Part shown: one piece after another, positions 35,434 to 46,100 of the stretch | How positions within the stretch are numbered: the first letter of the stretch is position 1 | Layout of the letters: each line of letters starts with the position of its first letter | DNA from: a virus | IMG/VR virus record: IMGVR_UViG_3300027734_000039 | Direction: 5' to 3' (one strand) | DNA: 64,000 bases | Program-made: the position numbers and the translations under genes | The notes under the pieces: generated by a model | Seen by the model: only the letters and a program-made list of their open reading frames with translations | The model's database searches: none | Told to the model about the DNA's origin: nothing

Positions 35434-37961
35434 TAGGTTAGTCCCCCGCCTGTGATGACGTAAGTATTGGAACCAACGCAAAGAATTGTGCAGAGGCCAT
35501 ACTGAGCTAATGTACGGTTGCCAGTATTAGCTGTGCCAACCTGACGAAGCGTGACAGAGCTGCCTTGCGTGATCGTTTGATTGGAGCCGCTATCGTTGTA
35601 GATTGAAACAGACTGGCCAGCCGTCAAAGCAGTTGATGTCGCAACTGTAACTCCACCCGTTGTAATGCTGATGTATTTACCAGCATCGCCTGAGGTCAAC
35701 GTGTAAGCGCCTCCTTGGCTGTTTAGCGGAACAGTGCGAACATTGCCAAGTGCATCACTTACACTGCCATAAGTAGTACTAATATCAAAATTAGCAGTTA
35801 ACGTCCCAGAAACTGTTAAAGTATTTGACGTTAAAGTCACGGCGGTTTGATAACCGTAAACGTCAATAATATAGTTATTAGCTGGAGTTACAGTAAAGTT
35901 AACATTGCTACCAGAAGTAATAATTACGTCAGTTCCAGGTATCTGCTTAACACCGTTTAAGAATACTTGAACAGCATTAGCAATATAACCACCAGTAATA
36001 GCGAAACTATTAGCAGTACCGTTTGCAGTAATTTGCTGAGATACAAGCGTATTAACACCATTGGCCATTAACCCAGAAAGCGCATACGTATCAATAACAG
36101 CATTAGTTGGTGGCGTTGTGACGAACTGGAATGTAGAACCGTTCAATCCTGTAATTTCAGTATTGGTAGCAAGCACACCATTCATAAACACAAGCAATGC
36201 ATTTGACTGATAACCAGCGGTAAACGTAAAGGTGTTTTGTGTTCCATCAGCAGTAAATGTCTGACGCGACATTAAACCACTAGTTGTTCCACCACCAGCA
36301 GCAGTAGACCAATAAACAGACGAGCCATTAGAAGTTAATACCTGACCCGATGTACCGTTTGAACTATTGGCAGTCATTGCGCCAGTAATTACAAAATTAT
36401 TTACTGATATTGACTGACCATTAGTAAACCCACCGCTAGCGCCAGTAGTCCAATATACCGAAGTACCATTAGAAGCCAAATATTGGCCAGCAGTACCAAA
36501 ACCGCCATTAGCAGAAACGCCAGCTGTTGTGCCGATTACTAAATTACCGCTATGGGTGTGAACCCCAGATATTGTATATGAGCCAGAAGTATTAACATAA
36601 GAAGCAGCTGCAACACCACCTAGATATGATGTATTGTTAGCGGTTAATGCGTTATTTACATTAAGATTAGATTCTGTTTTACCATTGAGGTAAGTTGCAG
36701 CATTAGCAGTTAATGTAGCAACGTTTGACGAGAGCCCAGCAGTCGTTTGATAGTTTGCTAAATTGTTCGTTAGGTTTGTAGCCGTTACGTAGTTAGAAAG
36801 ATTACCTGATAGCTGTGCATTAGATACAACGTTAGCAGCGGATACTGTTCCTACAAAAGAAGTATTGTTAGCTGTCAATGTAGCTACGTTTGCAGACAAT
36901 CCAGCAGTAGTTTGATAGTTGGCTAGATTGTTTGTTAAATTAGTTGCTGTAACATAATTTGCTAGGTTACCAGATAGTTGAGCATTAGAAACAACATTAG
37001 CAGCTGATACAGAACCAACAAAACTAGTGTTATTTGAAGTCAGTGCATTGTTAACGTTGAGATTAGATTCTGTTTTACCATTGAGATAAGTTGCAGCGTT
37101 TGCAGTGAGGGTAGCAACGTTTGCTGATAAGCCAGCGCTAGTTTGGTAATTAGCTAAATTGTTCGTTAGGTTTGTAGCCGTTACGTAGTTAGAAAGATTA
37201 CCTGATAGCTGTGCATTAGATACAACGTTAGCAGCGGATACTGTTCCTACAAAATTAGTATTGTTTGATGTAAGAGCTTGACCAGAAAAATATGTTGAAT
37301 TTGCTACTAAAGAACCGTTAATTGAAATAGCGCTACTATTAGCAACAACATTTTGAGATGTGTTACCAATTGTTACAAAAGTGTTTACTGTAATTTTACC
37401 AGTAAATGCTGGGTCAGATATTGTAGCATAATTAGCTAAGTTATTAGAAAGATTAAACGATGTTACGTAATTAACGAGATTACCAGATAGTTGCGCATTA
37501 GATACAACGTTAGCAGCTGATACTGAACCAACGAATGATGTATTATTAGCAGTATCTGACCAATACGGAGTTGAACCATTTGAAACTAATACTTGACCAG
37601 TATTACCTGGTAGCCCATTTGCATTTAATTCACCATTTAATATAAGACCATTATTAGCAGTAACAATTCCGGAAAAAGTTGCTTCATACGCATCGATATA
37701 TGTGTTTGATCCGCCATAAGAAGTAACACTGAATGCTGTAGAATTTATATTAACATTTGTATTTAAATTACCAACGCTAATTGCTGGTGTTATAATAACA
37801 TCTGGTGCTATTGTAGTTAAAACTTGTGTATTTCCAACAGTAATGCTACTAGTATTAGCAAACAATGCGTTTGCGTTTGAATCCACTGCACCATCAAGCT
37901 CTTGAAGAGTTTGTATAGTCAAATATTCGGATGTTAAAAATGATACTTGATTTGTAGTCAT
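35433..37961 (-). CDS. Long fibre protein with tandem Asn-rich coiled repeats and swapped C-terminal domain
   Basis: Four NT.FVG.VSAANVVSNAQLSGNL.NYVT units, GT.GQ.L.SNG..YW units, two F.NGV beta domains. Confidence 0.8.
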   Translation of the reverse strand: MTTNQVSFLTSEYLTIQTLQELDGAVDSNANALFANTSSITVGNTQVLTTIAPDVIITPAISVGNLNTNVNINSTAFSVTSYGGSNTYIDAYEATFSGIVTANNGLILNGELNANGLPGNTGQVLVSNGSTPYWSDTANNTSFVGSVSAANVVSNAQLSGNLVNYVTSFNLSNNLANYATISDPAFTGKITVNTFVTIGNTSQNVVANSSAISINGSLVANSTYFSGQALTSNNTNFVGTVSAANVVSNAQLSGNLSNYVTATNLTNNLANYQTSAGLSANVATLTANAATYLNGKTESNLNVNNALTSNNTSFVGSVSAANVVSNAQLSGNLANYVTATNLTNNLANYQTTAGLSANVATLTANNTSFVGTVSAANVVSNAQLSGNLSNYVTATNLTNNLANYQTTAGLSSNVATLTANAATYLNGKTESNLNVNNALTANNTSYLGGVAAASYVNTSGSYTISGVHTHSGNLVIGTTAGVSANGGFGTAGQYLASNGTSVYWTTGASGGFTNGQSISVNNFVITGAMTANSSNGTSGQVLTSNGSSVYWSTAAGGGTTSGLMSRQTFTADGTQNTFTFTAGYQSNALLVFMNGVLATNTEITGLNGSTFQFVTTPPTNAVIDTYALSGLMANGVNTLVSQQITANGTANSFAITGGYIANAVQVFLNGVKQIPGTDVIITSGSNVNFTVTPANNYIIDVYGYQTAVTLTSNTLTVSGTLTANFDISTTYGSVSDALGNVRTVPLNSQGGAYTLTSGDAGKYISITTGGVTVATSTALTAGQSVSIYNDSGSNQTITQGSSVTLRQVGTANTGNRTLAQYGLCTILCVGSNTYVITGGGLT
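36757..36858. repeat. 102-bp exact direct repeat, copy 1 (copy 2 at 37153-37254)
   Basis: gctaaattgttcgttagg...ctgttcctacaaaa is identical at both positions, 396 bp apart. Confidence 0.9.
37153..37254. repeat. 102-bp exact direct repeat, copy 2
   Basis: Identical to 36757-36858. Confidence 0.9.
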
Positions 37962-39370
37962 TATACTTTAACCGTTCTTGGGCCAGTTTGATCGAATATT
38001 GTACCAATGCTTGTATTACCAACATAAATTAAAGTATCCGTAACTCTAATTAAAGTATTACCATTATTAATAGATATACCAACTGGGTTATTAATTGTAA
38101 ACCCACCAGTTATTGAAGTATTTGTTGGCAATAATTGTCCAATATGAGAATCAAATATTCCTCCATTAAAGGGTCCTTCATTAGAAGATCGTTTAATAGT
38201 TCCTGCACTAAATGTGCCTGATCTAGCGTTTACAGCACTGGTGTTTAATTTTTTAAATCCAAGGATAGTTGTAAACGATGTACTTGGTACTACAGAAGCT
38301 ATTAAAAATTTCCCATTTATTGTAAATGTTTGCGTACCACAAATAAACGAGTTTGGAGTTAACCCAGTTATATCAACAGTATCACCAACTGATAATGTAT
38401 GACCAGGATAAGTAAACGTCATTGAAATACTACCTTGGAAATAAAATTCGATACCAGGTATCGAATAACTTTTGTTAAACATATTTAAAGTTAAATCCGA
38501 TGGTCCATTAGTGTAAGAAAACGCTGTTGAATTAATCACATTTGCGGTTGAACCAGTAGTAGAAAAAGGAATTATTGTAGTGCCTTTAGTAGGAGTAAAT
38601 TTAGGAATAAAAATTTGCGTTCCGTTTGCAAATTCATGTGATCCAGTAGTAACAACTGTTGCAACACCATTTGCTCTTTGAATTGTCTTAATATTACGAT
38701 CTCCTGTAGATGCTTTATAATTACCAATCGGGATAGTAAAAGATACAGTATTTGCAGTTGGTATATCTAAAATATTAAACCCACTCTTATAACTAACACT
38801 ATAATTTTCTGTATTAAGAGTGTTAAGCGAACTATTAATAATAATTTTAGAATTTAAAATTTTCGTAAGCCCATGCGCAGTCGTTGTTTGTATTGTAGCT
38901 TTACCAGTTGAATCTATATTTGCACTATAAATTGTAAATGTCGAAGTTCCACCTGTTGTATCAATAAGGGTATTAACAGTAGAATTACCAACAAATATGA
39001 TTCTTGGCGAAAGGCTAGAATTACTAATTGTATTTGAAACAGAGATATATGTCGTATTAACAACAGTATTTACTGCACTGTTACCAGCAAACAAAGATGT
39101 TGAATTAATAGAAGCATTTACTGTAGAGTTACCAACGGAAATACCATTGGCAATAGTAACGCTATTTGCTGCAAGCGTTTCTGCTGAAAGGTTTTTTTGA
39201 GACGCACCAACAATAATTGAGCTCGTACCATTTGACGTGTAAAGAAGTCCATCTGCCATATTAAGGGCAAACTCACCTGGGGCGATATACGAGGTGTTTG
39301 ATGGATTCGAAACGTTAGGTGTACGTCCAGAAACGGAAGAACGCTTCACCTGAATTCTAGTATTGGCCAT
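37961..39370 (-). CDS. Fibre protein with IQxKRS...GE.A.N N-terminal anchor domain
   Basis: MANTRIQVKRSSVSGRTP...PGEFALNMADGLLY (Mtd_N/hyaluronidase-N-like); repeated T...HG/H beta modules. Confidence 0.7.
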   Translation of the reverse strand: MANTRIQVKRSSVSGRTPNVSNPSNTSYIAPGEFALNMADGLLYTSNGTSSIIVGASQKNLSAETLAANSVTIANGISVGNSTVNASINSTSLFAGNSAVNTVVNTTYISVSNTISNSSLSPRIIFVGNSTVNTLIDTTGGTSTFTIYSANIDSTGKATIQTTTAHGLTKILNSKIIINSSLNTLNTENYSVSYKSGFNILDIPTANTVSFTIPIGNYKASTGDRNIKTIQRANGVATVVTTGSHEFANGTQIFIPKFTPTKGTTIIPFSTTGSTANVINSTAFSYTNGPSDLTLNMFNKSYSIPGIEFYFQGSISMTFTYPGHTLSVGDTVDITGLTPNSFICGTQTFTINGKFLIASVVPSTSFTTILGFKKLNTSAVNARSGTFSAGTIKRSSNEGPFNGGIFDSHIGQLLPTNTSITGGFTINNPVGISINNGNTLIRVTDTLIYVGNTSIGTIFDQTGPRTVKV

Positions 39371-39385
39371 ATGGCTCCTTTACAG

Positions 39386-39401
39386 CTCAGTATATACTGA
39401 G
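39386..39401. promoter_or_regulatory. Perfect 16-bp palindrome in the fibre gene leader
   Basis: CTCAGTATATACTGAG, a few nt upstream of the AAGGAG RBS of 37961..39370. Confidence 0.55.
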
Positions 39402-39402
39402 A

Positions 39403-39882
39403 TTAAAAAATATCTTCTTCGGTCATTTTAGCCTCATTTGGGCGTTTAACAACCTTTTTCTTATTTATAGTTTTTAAAGATTCGTTTTCATCGTTTATTA
39501 TTTTCATTTCAGCGTTTTGGCGCTCAATTTCTCGTTCTAAATCTTTAATACGAGAATTAGCATTATTTAATTCGTTTTGAACTTTTGTTTTTTCATTAAA
39601 AACATTATGGTGTTCAGAAGTTTTTCTATTCGAATCTTCTATAGCTCTATCGAGTTGACTACTCAACGATTTATTTTCAATACTAAGTTTTTCTAAACTA
39701 CTCAAAACTTCGTTCTTTAAGTTTTCAGAAGCTTCTAATTGACTTGTAATCAATTCAAGTCGATCGGAAGTTATTTTATTTCTAACTTCCAGATCGATCG
39801 TTTTCCTAACATACTCGATGAATAAAAACTCTTGACGTTGTGCAAATAATAGGTTATAATTAGACTGTTCGTTTGAATCCAT
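39403..39882 (-). CDS. Coiled-coil protein, possible fibre chaperone
   Basis: Heptad-rich E/K/N/L sequence set between fibre genes. Confidence 0.65.
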   Translation of the reverse strand: MDSNEQSNYNLLFAQRQEFLFIEYVRKTIDLEVRNKITSDRLELITSQLEASENLKNEVLSSLEKLSIENKSLSSQLDRAIEDSNRKTSEHHNVFNEKTKVQNELNNANSRIKDLEREIERQNAEMKIINDENESLKTINKKKVVKRPNEAKMTEEDIF

Positions 39883-39900
39883 AATATAGTAACCTTATCG

Positions 39901-41688
39901 TTAGAACGTACCGCCATCCAATGCATCATACACCAATGCAGTGCCGTTAGATTGTAGGACGTAACCAGTGGTTCCTAGAGTTAATTCATTATAACCATTT
40001 GTCGAATTCCCAACAAGAATAGCATTATTAGTTACAGTAGCTTTACCAGTACCGCCAGAAGTTCCTGGTAGTGCAGTCGACAGCGATAATGTGTTAGCTA
40101 CGAAATTAACACCAACTGAGCTATTTGCAGTAATTTGAACATTAGAGCTATTAGCAACGAACCCTTTACCGCTATTAAGATATGCTTTTAATGTGCCTTG
40201 ATTAGTAAAATCAACAGTTGTTGTTGGTTCAGTCGTGGTTGTGAAGAGCTTGAATAAGCCATCAGCATGGTCACGAGCAAGACCAGCAAAGTTTGTTGTG
40301 CCGTATGTTGCATAGAAACCAGAGTCAAGAGTATCTGCAGAGTTATTAGCGGCAACAGCAATCATGTTGTCCTTAACAACTAGATTGTTTGTATTAACAG
40401 TGCTTAGTGTACCATTAATTGTCAAATTACCAGAAATAACAGCATCAGCAACTTTAAGCGTTGCAGATGTTGCATCGATATTAGCACCAGTAAATGTTAT
40501 TTTGGTTGTATTAGCAATAAAGTTCGTGCTAATATTATAAGAATTCGATGCGTAGCTAGTTGTTGTATTTGTAGCTACAGAATTTATTGTATTGGCGAGG
40601 ATAGAGCCATTAAACGTGATTGTATTAGAAAACGTTTGCGTATTGGTCCAAGAATATTGAGCGCCTTGGTCAACACCAGCAACGCTAGTCCAATATAGAG
40701 CCGAACCATTAGAAGCAAGAAGCTGGCCAGCAGTACCTATGCTACCATTTGCAGTAATACCAACTGTATTAGCGATAGTGATAGAAGAGTCGGTAATACG
40801 TAAACGTTCGTTAGCTGCAAGCCCGCCACCAGTGAAAAAATTAATGTATTTTGAAGCAGTATTAGTGCCGATAGAAAGGTTTCCACCGCCAGTATAAAGA
40901 TACCCGTCATTCGCGCCATTAATTGTCCATTGAGCATTTGACCAACCAGAACTATTGATACCCATATCAACGAAAACAGCATAAGCAGCGACATCATTAT
41001 AAAGCGCAAGGTCCATCGAAGCAGATGCGCCAGTATTAGAATTTTGACCTGCTATTTGAAGGTAACTATTGATATTACCTTGGTTTTCTTGCGTAGCTTG
41101 AAGGTCAGAAATATATCCAAGATGAACGTGTGAAGTAGTATTACCAACAAAAATATCACCTGTATCTTTATTGTAAGTAAAGTTCGTAGTACCAGCTAAT
41201 ACACCAGAGTCGTTATATTGGAACTGTCCGTTTGAACCCTGTGGATTTGAAGCAGCGGCTGTTTTACCATCTACGTAAGTTTTAATAGCCCAAGATGTAA
41301 CAAGTTCGTTATTAGAAGCACCTGTACCATTTACACCAAGAACAGTAGAATTTGCAAATTTTGAAATAGCATTAACGAAAGCGTTGTTGCCCGTAGCACC
41401 GCTTCCATTAGAAGGAACAATTGTTAAACCCTGCGTAAAGGTATTTGTAGTGAAAGAGTTGGCGTCTGTAATAACAACAGCATTAGAAGTTGTTACGCCT
41501 GGATTACCAGCTTGGTGTAAGTAAGGGTACTTACCACCAGCGATACGATAACTAGTTCCAGATCCATCTGGAGCTCCAACGAATAACGAATTAGAAGTAC
41601 TTTCTGATGAAAACGCTAATTCGCCGTTTGACAAACCAGTTGGCGTAGCAGTTGCAGTACTTCTTTTAATTTGAATTTTATTAGACAT
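39901..41688 (-). CDS. Fibre protein with IQxKRS N-terminus and LDGGTF C-terminus
   Basis: MSNKIQIKRS...GELAFS; QFQYNDSG; GNLTINGT..TVNT.NL.V.D; ends LDGGTF. Confidence 0.75.
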   Translation of the reverse strand: MSNKIQIKRSTATATPTGLSNGELAFSSESTSNSLFVGAPDGSGTSYRIAGGKYPYLHQAGNPGVTTSNAVVITDANSFTTNTFTQGLTIVPSNGSGATGNNAFVNAISKFANSTVLGVNGTGASNNELVTSWAIKTYVDGKTAAASNPQGSNGQFQYNDSGVLAGTTNFTYNKDTGDIFVGNTTSHVHLGYISDLQATQENQGNINSYLQIAGQNSNTGASASMDLALYNDVAAYAVFVDMGINSSGWSNAQWTINGANDGYLYTGGGNLSIGTNTASKYINFFTGGGLAANERLRITDSSITIANTVGITANGSIGTAGQLLASNGSALYWTSVAGVDQGAQYSWTNTQTFSNTITFNGSILANTINSVATNTTTSYASNSYNISTNFIANTTKITFTGANIDATSATLKVADAVISGNLTINGTLSTVNTNNLVVKDNMIAVAANNSADTLDSGFYATYGTTNFAGLARDHADGLFKLFTTTTEPTTTVDFTNQGTLKAYLNSGKGFVANSSNVQITANSSVGVNFVANTLSLSTALPGTSGGTGKATVTNNAILVGNSTNGYNELTLGTTGYVLQSNGTALVYDALDGGTF

Positions 41689-41710
41689 TTGGGCTCGGTC
41701 CTTTTTTATC

Positions 41711-41718
41711 TATTTATA
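41711..41718 (-). promoter_or_regulatory. Late promoter TATAAATA
   Basis: Exact consensus upstream of 39901..41688. Confidence 0.75.
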
Positions 41719-41720
41719 TT

Positions 41721-41987
41721 TTAAAAGTCCCCACCATCTAAACCTACATTTCCAAAATCAATTTTACGAACCACATATTTGTCAGTATTTGCATTGTATA
41801 TAAGAGTTGAGCCATCTAGTTCTGTAGTAGCATCAACGTCCTTTAAATGGTCCAATCTATCTACCCCACCGCTGGTTAAAGTTGGGTTGTTTTTTAATGT
41901 TACAGGAGTCGTAGAGTCGATAATGCCAGCTGTAGCATTAGTCGAAACCTGTATTGTTCTTTTTCTGGCTACTACTACGTTTACCAT
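41721..41987 (-). CDS. Small virion adaptor-like protein ending LDGGDF
   Basis: L..L.DVD....DGS.LIYN..T.KY; C-terminal DGG.F. Confidence 0.7.
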   Translation of the reverse strand: MVNVVVARKRTIQVSTNATAGIIDSTTPVTLKNNPTLTSGGVDRLDHLKDVDATTELDGSTLIYNANTDKYVVRKIDFGNVGLDGGDF

Positions 41988-41989
41988 TT

Positions 41990-42319
41990 TTATCTCGTAA
42001 CTTGAGGCGTAACCGTAACAATACCTTCAACAATACGCGAAGTTGTACTGCCATCATTTATTTCTACATCATAAACATATCTACCAGAAGTCATAGCACT
42101 GGTTTGGTTCGCAGTCAATGAAAGTGTAATCACAGCACTACCTACGTTAATAGAAGTTGTAAAAGTTGCAGTTGCGTTAGTTGATGTATACCACTTTCTA
42201 ACTTGAGAATTAGCAGTATAACCAGACAGTATTAAAGTATCACCGTTCTCGTCAGTTAAGTTGAGATCAGCTGAAAAAGTAGCACCTTGGTCTATTACTA
42301 AATTAGCTTTCGTTGCCAT
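41990..42319 (-). CDS. Conserved virion structural protein (BppU-N-like Ig fold)
   Basis: NLVIDQGATF...L.GYT..SQ.RK.Y.S...LSLTA.QT.....GRYVYDVEI...R..EG.VTV.P.VT. Confidence 0.8.
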   Translation of the reverse strand: MATKANLVIDQGATFSADLNLTDENGDTLILSGYTANSQVRKWYTSTNATATFTTSINVGSAVITLSLTANQTSAMTSGRYVYDVEINDGSTTSRIVEGIVTVTPQVTR

Positions 42320-42906
42320 TAGATATTGAACCTTAAAAACTTAACTGATGTGTTAGTAGAAGTTGGTGTAAAATTAAGTTTTACGTGAGTTGAATTTGCA
42401 TTAGCGACAAATACACCTAAAGTACCATTTGAAAGTAAGGTAGCATATTCTGTTGAAAACGCATCGCCACTATTGTGAGTTGTCATAATTTTTGTAGAAA
42501 CATAAGCGTTTGCATTGTTATCGATAACATGGACAATATATTCTACAGCTCTATAAGAAGCAAAATCATAGTAATCTATGATAGTGGCTGACGTTCCTGT
42601 AGTAGTTGTATTAGAAGAAGCTGCTATCGATGAGATCGCTGACCAGCTGCCATTAGCATTTAAATAATACTGACCGTTTGACTGTTGCACAGAATTTGCT
42701 GTTGAAATTGCAACGTTAACTGAAGAATTGCCAATAGAAATAGAATTAGCATTAAAGTTACCACTTATAGCAGCATTGCCAACAGCCGTGTTAGTTCCGC
42801 CAGCAGTAACAGCATAGGTAGACATAGCATATGCTAGTTCGTTAGTTCGATTACGCCAATAATCAAACGTATTAGTATTAGCTGTATTTGCTACTGTTAC
42901 TGTCAT
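42319..42906 (-). CDS. Fibre/whisker-like structural protein
   Basis: TFDYWR.RTNEL N-terminal motif; C-terminal YRAVEY.V......H......TEY domain. Confidence 0.7.
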   Translation of the reverse strand: MTVTVANTANTNTFDYWRNRTNELAYAMSTYAVTAGGTNTAVGNAAISGNFNANSISIGNSSVNVAISTANSVQQSNGQYYLNANGSWSAISSIAASSNTTTTGTSATIIDYYDFASYRAVEYIVHVIDNNANAYVSTKIMTTHNSGDAFSTEYATLLSNGTLGVFVANANSTHVKLNFTPTSTNTSVKFLRFNI

Positions 42907-43109
42907 TTATTAGATCCGTTTTCTAAGAGCTTTGTAAGCAAACCTTTAATATCATCCAATGATGATTCTATACTTTTAATTCTTTCTTCGTGTGTCCCAA
43001 CATTTCTCATAATTTCTCTTTGCCTTTTATAAGCAGCTAATCCAGGATTGTCAACATTTAGCAACGCTCCTGGATTGCTTTCTTGTCTTTCATATTCTTT
43101 TGTTTTCAT
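42903..43109 (-). CDS. Small conserved coiled-coil protein following the VrlC-like gene
   Basis: GALLNVD...Y..KR....I.S.L.DIK.LL. Confidence 0.7.
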   Translation of the reverse strand: MKTKEYERQESNPGALLNVDNPGLAAYKRQREIMRNVGTHEERIKSIESSLDDIKGLLTKLLENGSNK

Positions 43110-43110
43110 A

Positions 43111-46100
43111 TTATACCTGTAGGGCTATAGCTCTAAGATCACTTACCTTTGGAACATAAACTCTGTTAGAACTCAATAGAACAATTTTAATCATAAATGA
43201 TTTATATGATCTATAGATAGCTCCAGTCGAATCAGTATATTCTAGGATATAAGAATTGCTTGCATTCTTGTAACCAGCATACGGATTTGTTGATGGTACA
43301 GAAGTTGGAATATTAAATTCATATTCTCTAAAATCATAGATATCGATAGGACTACTTCTTGTAGCTGGATTAGCATTTTCAAGTTTTGTCCAAACTTTAC
43401 TATTGATATTAGAACCATCGTCAGCGTTTAAAAACTTTACATATACTTCAACATCTGTATTTATTGGTCTGTATGCACCAACAATTACCTTGATATCTTC
43501 TGCATCTTGTCCATCAGCTAGAACAACTGGCTTGCTAACATATTTCGATATAGCAGAACCATAACGAGTGTTAGCTTCGTTTGTGCTATCGTTATTAATT
43601 AAGTTTTCAACAACCAATGCTGATTTTCTAGAAAGGTCGATTACTGGCGAAATATACTTATTCGTAGTAGTCATAGTAGATCTAATAGTAAGGGATTTTG
43701 TTGCACCCTCATTAGATTTACTATAAACAACTCTTTCATAATCGAGCATTTCTCTTTCTTCGTCCATTGAAAGAGTGTTCCAATTTATATCAACAACGTT
43801 TGTATTAGAAATTCCTTTATAATCTAAGTTTAAAGTCGTATTCATAGGCAACATAGTTGCGAAACGAGGAACTATTGAATGTAGTAAAGGATTACTAATA
43901 GTATTAATAGTCGCAGTTGCAATTAACGTTGTTGTATTTGCCTGTGTTGTATTACTTTGCTGAGGTAAACGGAATATACCAATAGTTTTTCCTGTGCTAA
44001 ATCCTCCGTTAGAAGAATCTAAAGTAAGAATTGATTGTGTAGTATCATAACTTTGTAGATAACCGCTTACAGAAGTGTTAGTAATAGAAATATTAGAAGT
44101 TGAGTTGATCATGTATACTTGATCGCCAACGCTAAGAGATCTTAAACTTGTATTCGCATTAGGATAAGTTAATCCACTATACTTAAAATATTCATCGTTT
44201 TCGTTAGTGAATAATGCCGTTCCTGTTCCAACTGTAAAGTTAGCAACATAAAGGTTGAACTTAACATCTTCTTTTGGTAAAGAAGTCCAAGTACGAGCGT
44301 TTGAAGAACGGAATGCTTCGCCAGTGTATGGATTACCGAATACCTGAGCGCCAGTAATAATATCAGTTCCACCAGTTTCTGCCATCCACAATTTATATTC
44401 TGGTGAACCGCCTTCTGGCTCAACATAGAAAGCATATTCCTTATTTGCTGCAAGGAAAATTGGCTGTTCTAACACGAATGTTGTCGCAGTAGCAGCAGTA
44501 TTGCTGACATTAACAGCACTCGAAGCTAATCTAGAAACACCATAGGTCATAGTAGCATCAGGAACGCCGTTATTCATACCAACAATAGCAAGTTTAACAC
44601 CAAGAGTTGGATCTTTAGATTTAAAGAAAAGATCTAACTTTGTAATGTATACGCCTGACTGTTCGTTTGGTGGTTCAACATAAAAAGACTGACCGAGTGG
44701 ATCTTCTCTCGGAACAGGGCTCTCTGATGTTACAGTTCTGTTGTCTGTCATAGCACTTTGAGTGAATACAGGTTCAACAGCTGTGATCGTTGCATTACGA
44801 GTTGAAAGAGAAATACTAGAAGCTGTAAACACAGCGCTAGCTCTTGTAAGAGCAGCATCAGCACCAGTAATTAAGCTATCAGAATCGATAAGCTGTAATT
44901 GACGATCACCAACGCGGAACTGACCTTCTGGGATTACGAATACCCCGTAAAGAGCACCGCTTGAATCTGTAACTAACTGAGTGCCTAAAGTCGCTGTTCT
45001 TGTTAATATAGAATCAAGACGACCTGTTTTATTAGCTGCTTCGACAATATCTTTTAAAGTTGCACCAAGAGCTGTATTAAGCGTAGCAGGTGCACAATAT
45101 TGGCTTACCGCTGTGTCATCAAAATAAGCATAGATCTTAGTATTTGGCTTTAAGTTACGAGCAATGAACGCGACAGTTCTTGACTTCATATAAGGTTGGA
45201 TTGTAATATCAGTTACATACTTGCCGAGGTCAAAAGTTTTTTTAGTCGAAGTTACAAAGGTATTTGTACCATTTCTTACTTGTTCAGTAGTCGTAGTTAT
45301 AGTTTCGCCATCTGAAGATGAACTTGATTTTGTAGTTCTCCAATCGCCCCAACGAGTTCCAAAAATTGTAGTATTCGTTGATTTAGATAACACATTAGCA
45401 AAATTTAAAAATGGAGTAGTTAAATCAATAGAAGCATCAACGTTTGGAAGATTTTTCTCGTCGCGGTTCATATCGTATGACGGATATAAATCTACGCTAC
45501 CTTTCCAAGACCAAATTTCTTGAGTAGTATTACGATATTTTGTAGCAAACGGTTGATTAATATACTTTTCATGAGTATATGGAAGTGTAATAATTTTACC
45601 AGTTAACGTAATACCAGAGCTATTAGTAGAATCGTATATTAAATCGATATTTTCAGAATCGAAAAGTGGACGACCATAACCACGATCAAAATCTATGCTA
45701 TAACGATATTCAATATCATCAGATTGAGCAAGAGCATGGCTATTCATAGGATCGGCAAAAATACCGTTTTTAAATCTATTCAAACCGTTAGAATCTGGCG
45801 TTTGAAGAGAATTAGCTTTTTGTTCAAGAAGATTTAATGTTGTATAGTATTCTAAACGATTGATACGGGCTTCGATAGTACCAATATCTTTCATAGTATA
45901 GCCACGATTTGTGACCAATTGAGTACGTACAGCATAATCTTTTCTATTGTATGCTTCGGCTTCTCTTACGCTTAACGATGGGTAAGGTGGAACGAAACCA
46001 TAAGAAAGAATCATAGTATCAGTGTCGTTAATAGGACGAACTGGTTTTTCAGAAGGGGTGCCCTTGATAACACCAAGACCACCAGTGCTATTCATTGTCA

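Noticed and set aside
36757-37254. Repeat pair as a possible DGR template/variable repeat or CRISPR-like array
   Set aside because: The copies are identical (no adenine-specific changes), in frame within one gene and without spacer structure; no reverse transcriptase or cas gene in the window
25985-42906. Invertible tail-fibre (shufflon/Gin-type) system
   Set aside because: All fibre genes are co-oriented; no recombinase or inverted crossover sites were seen
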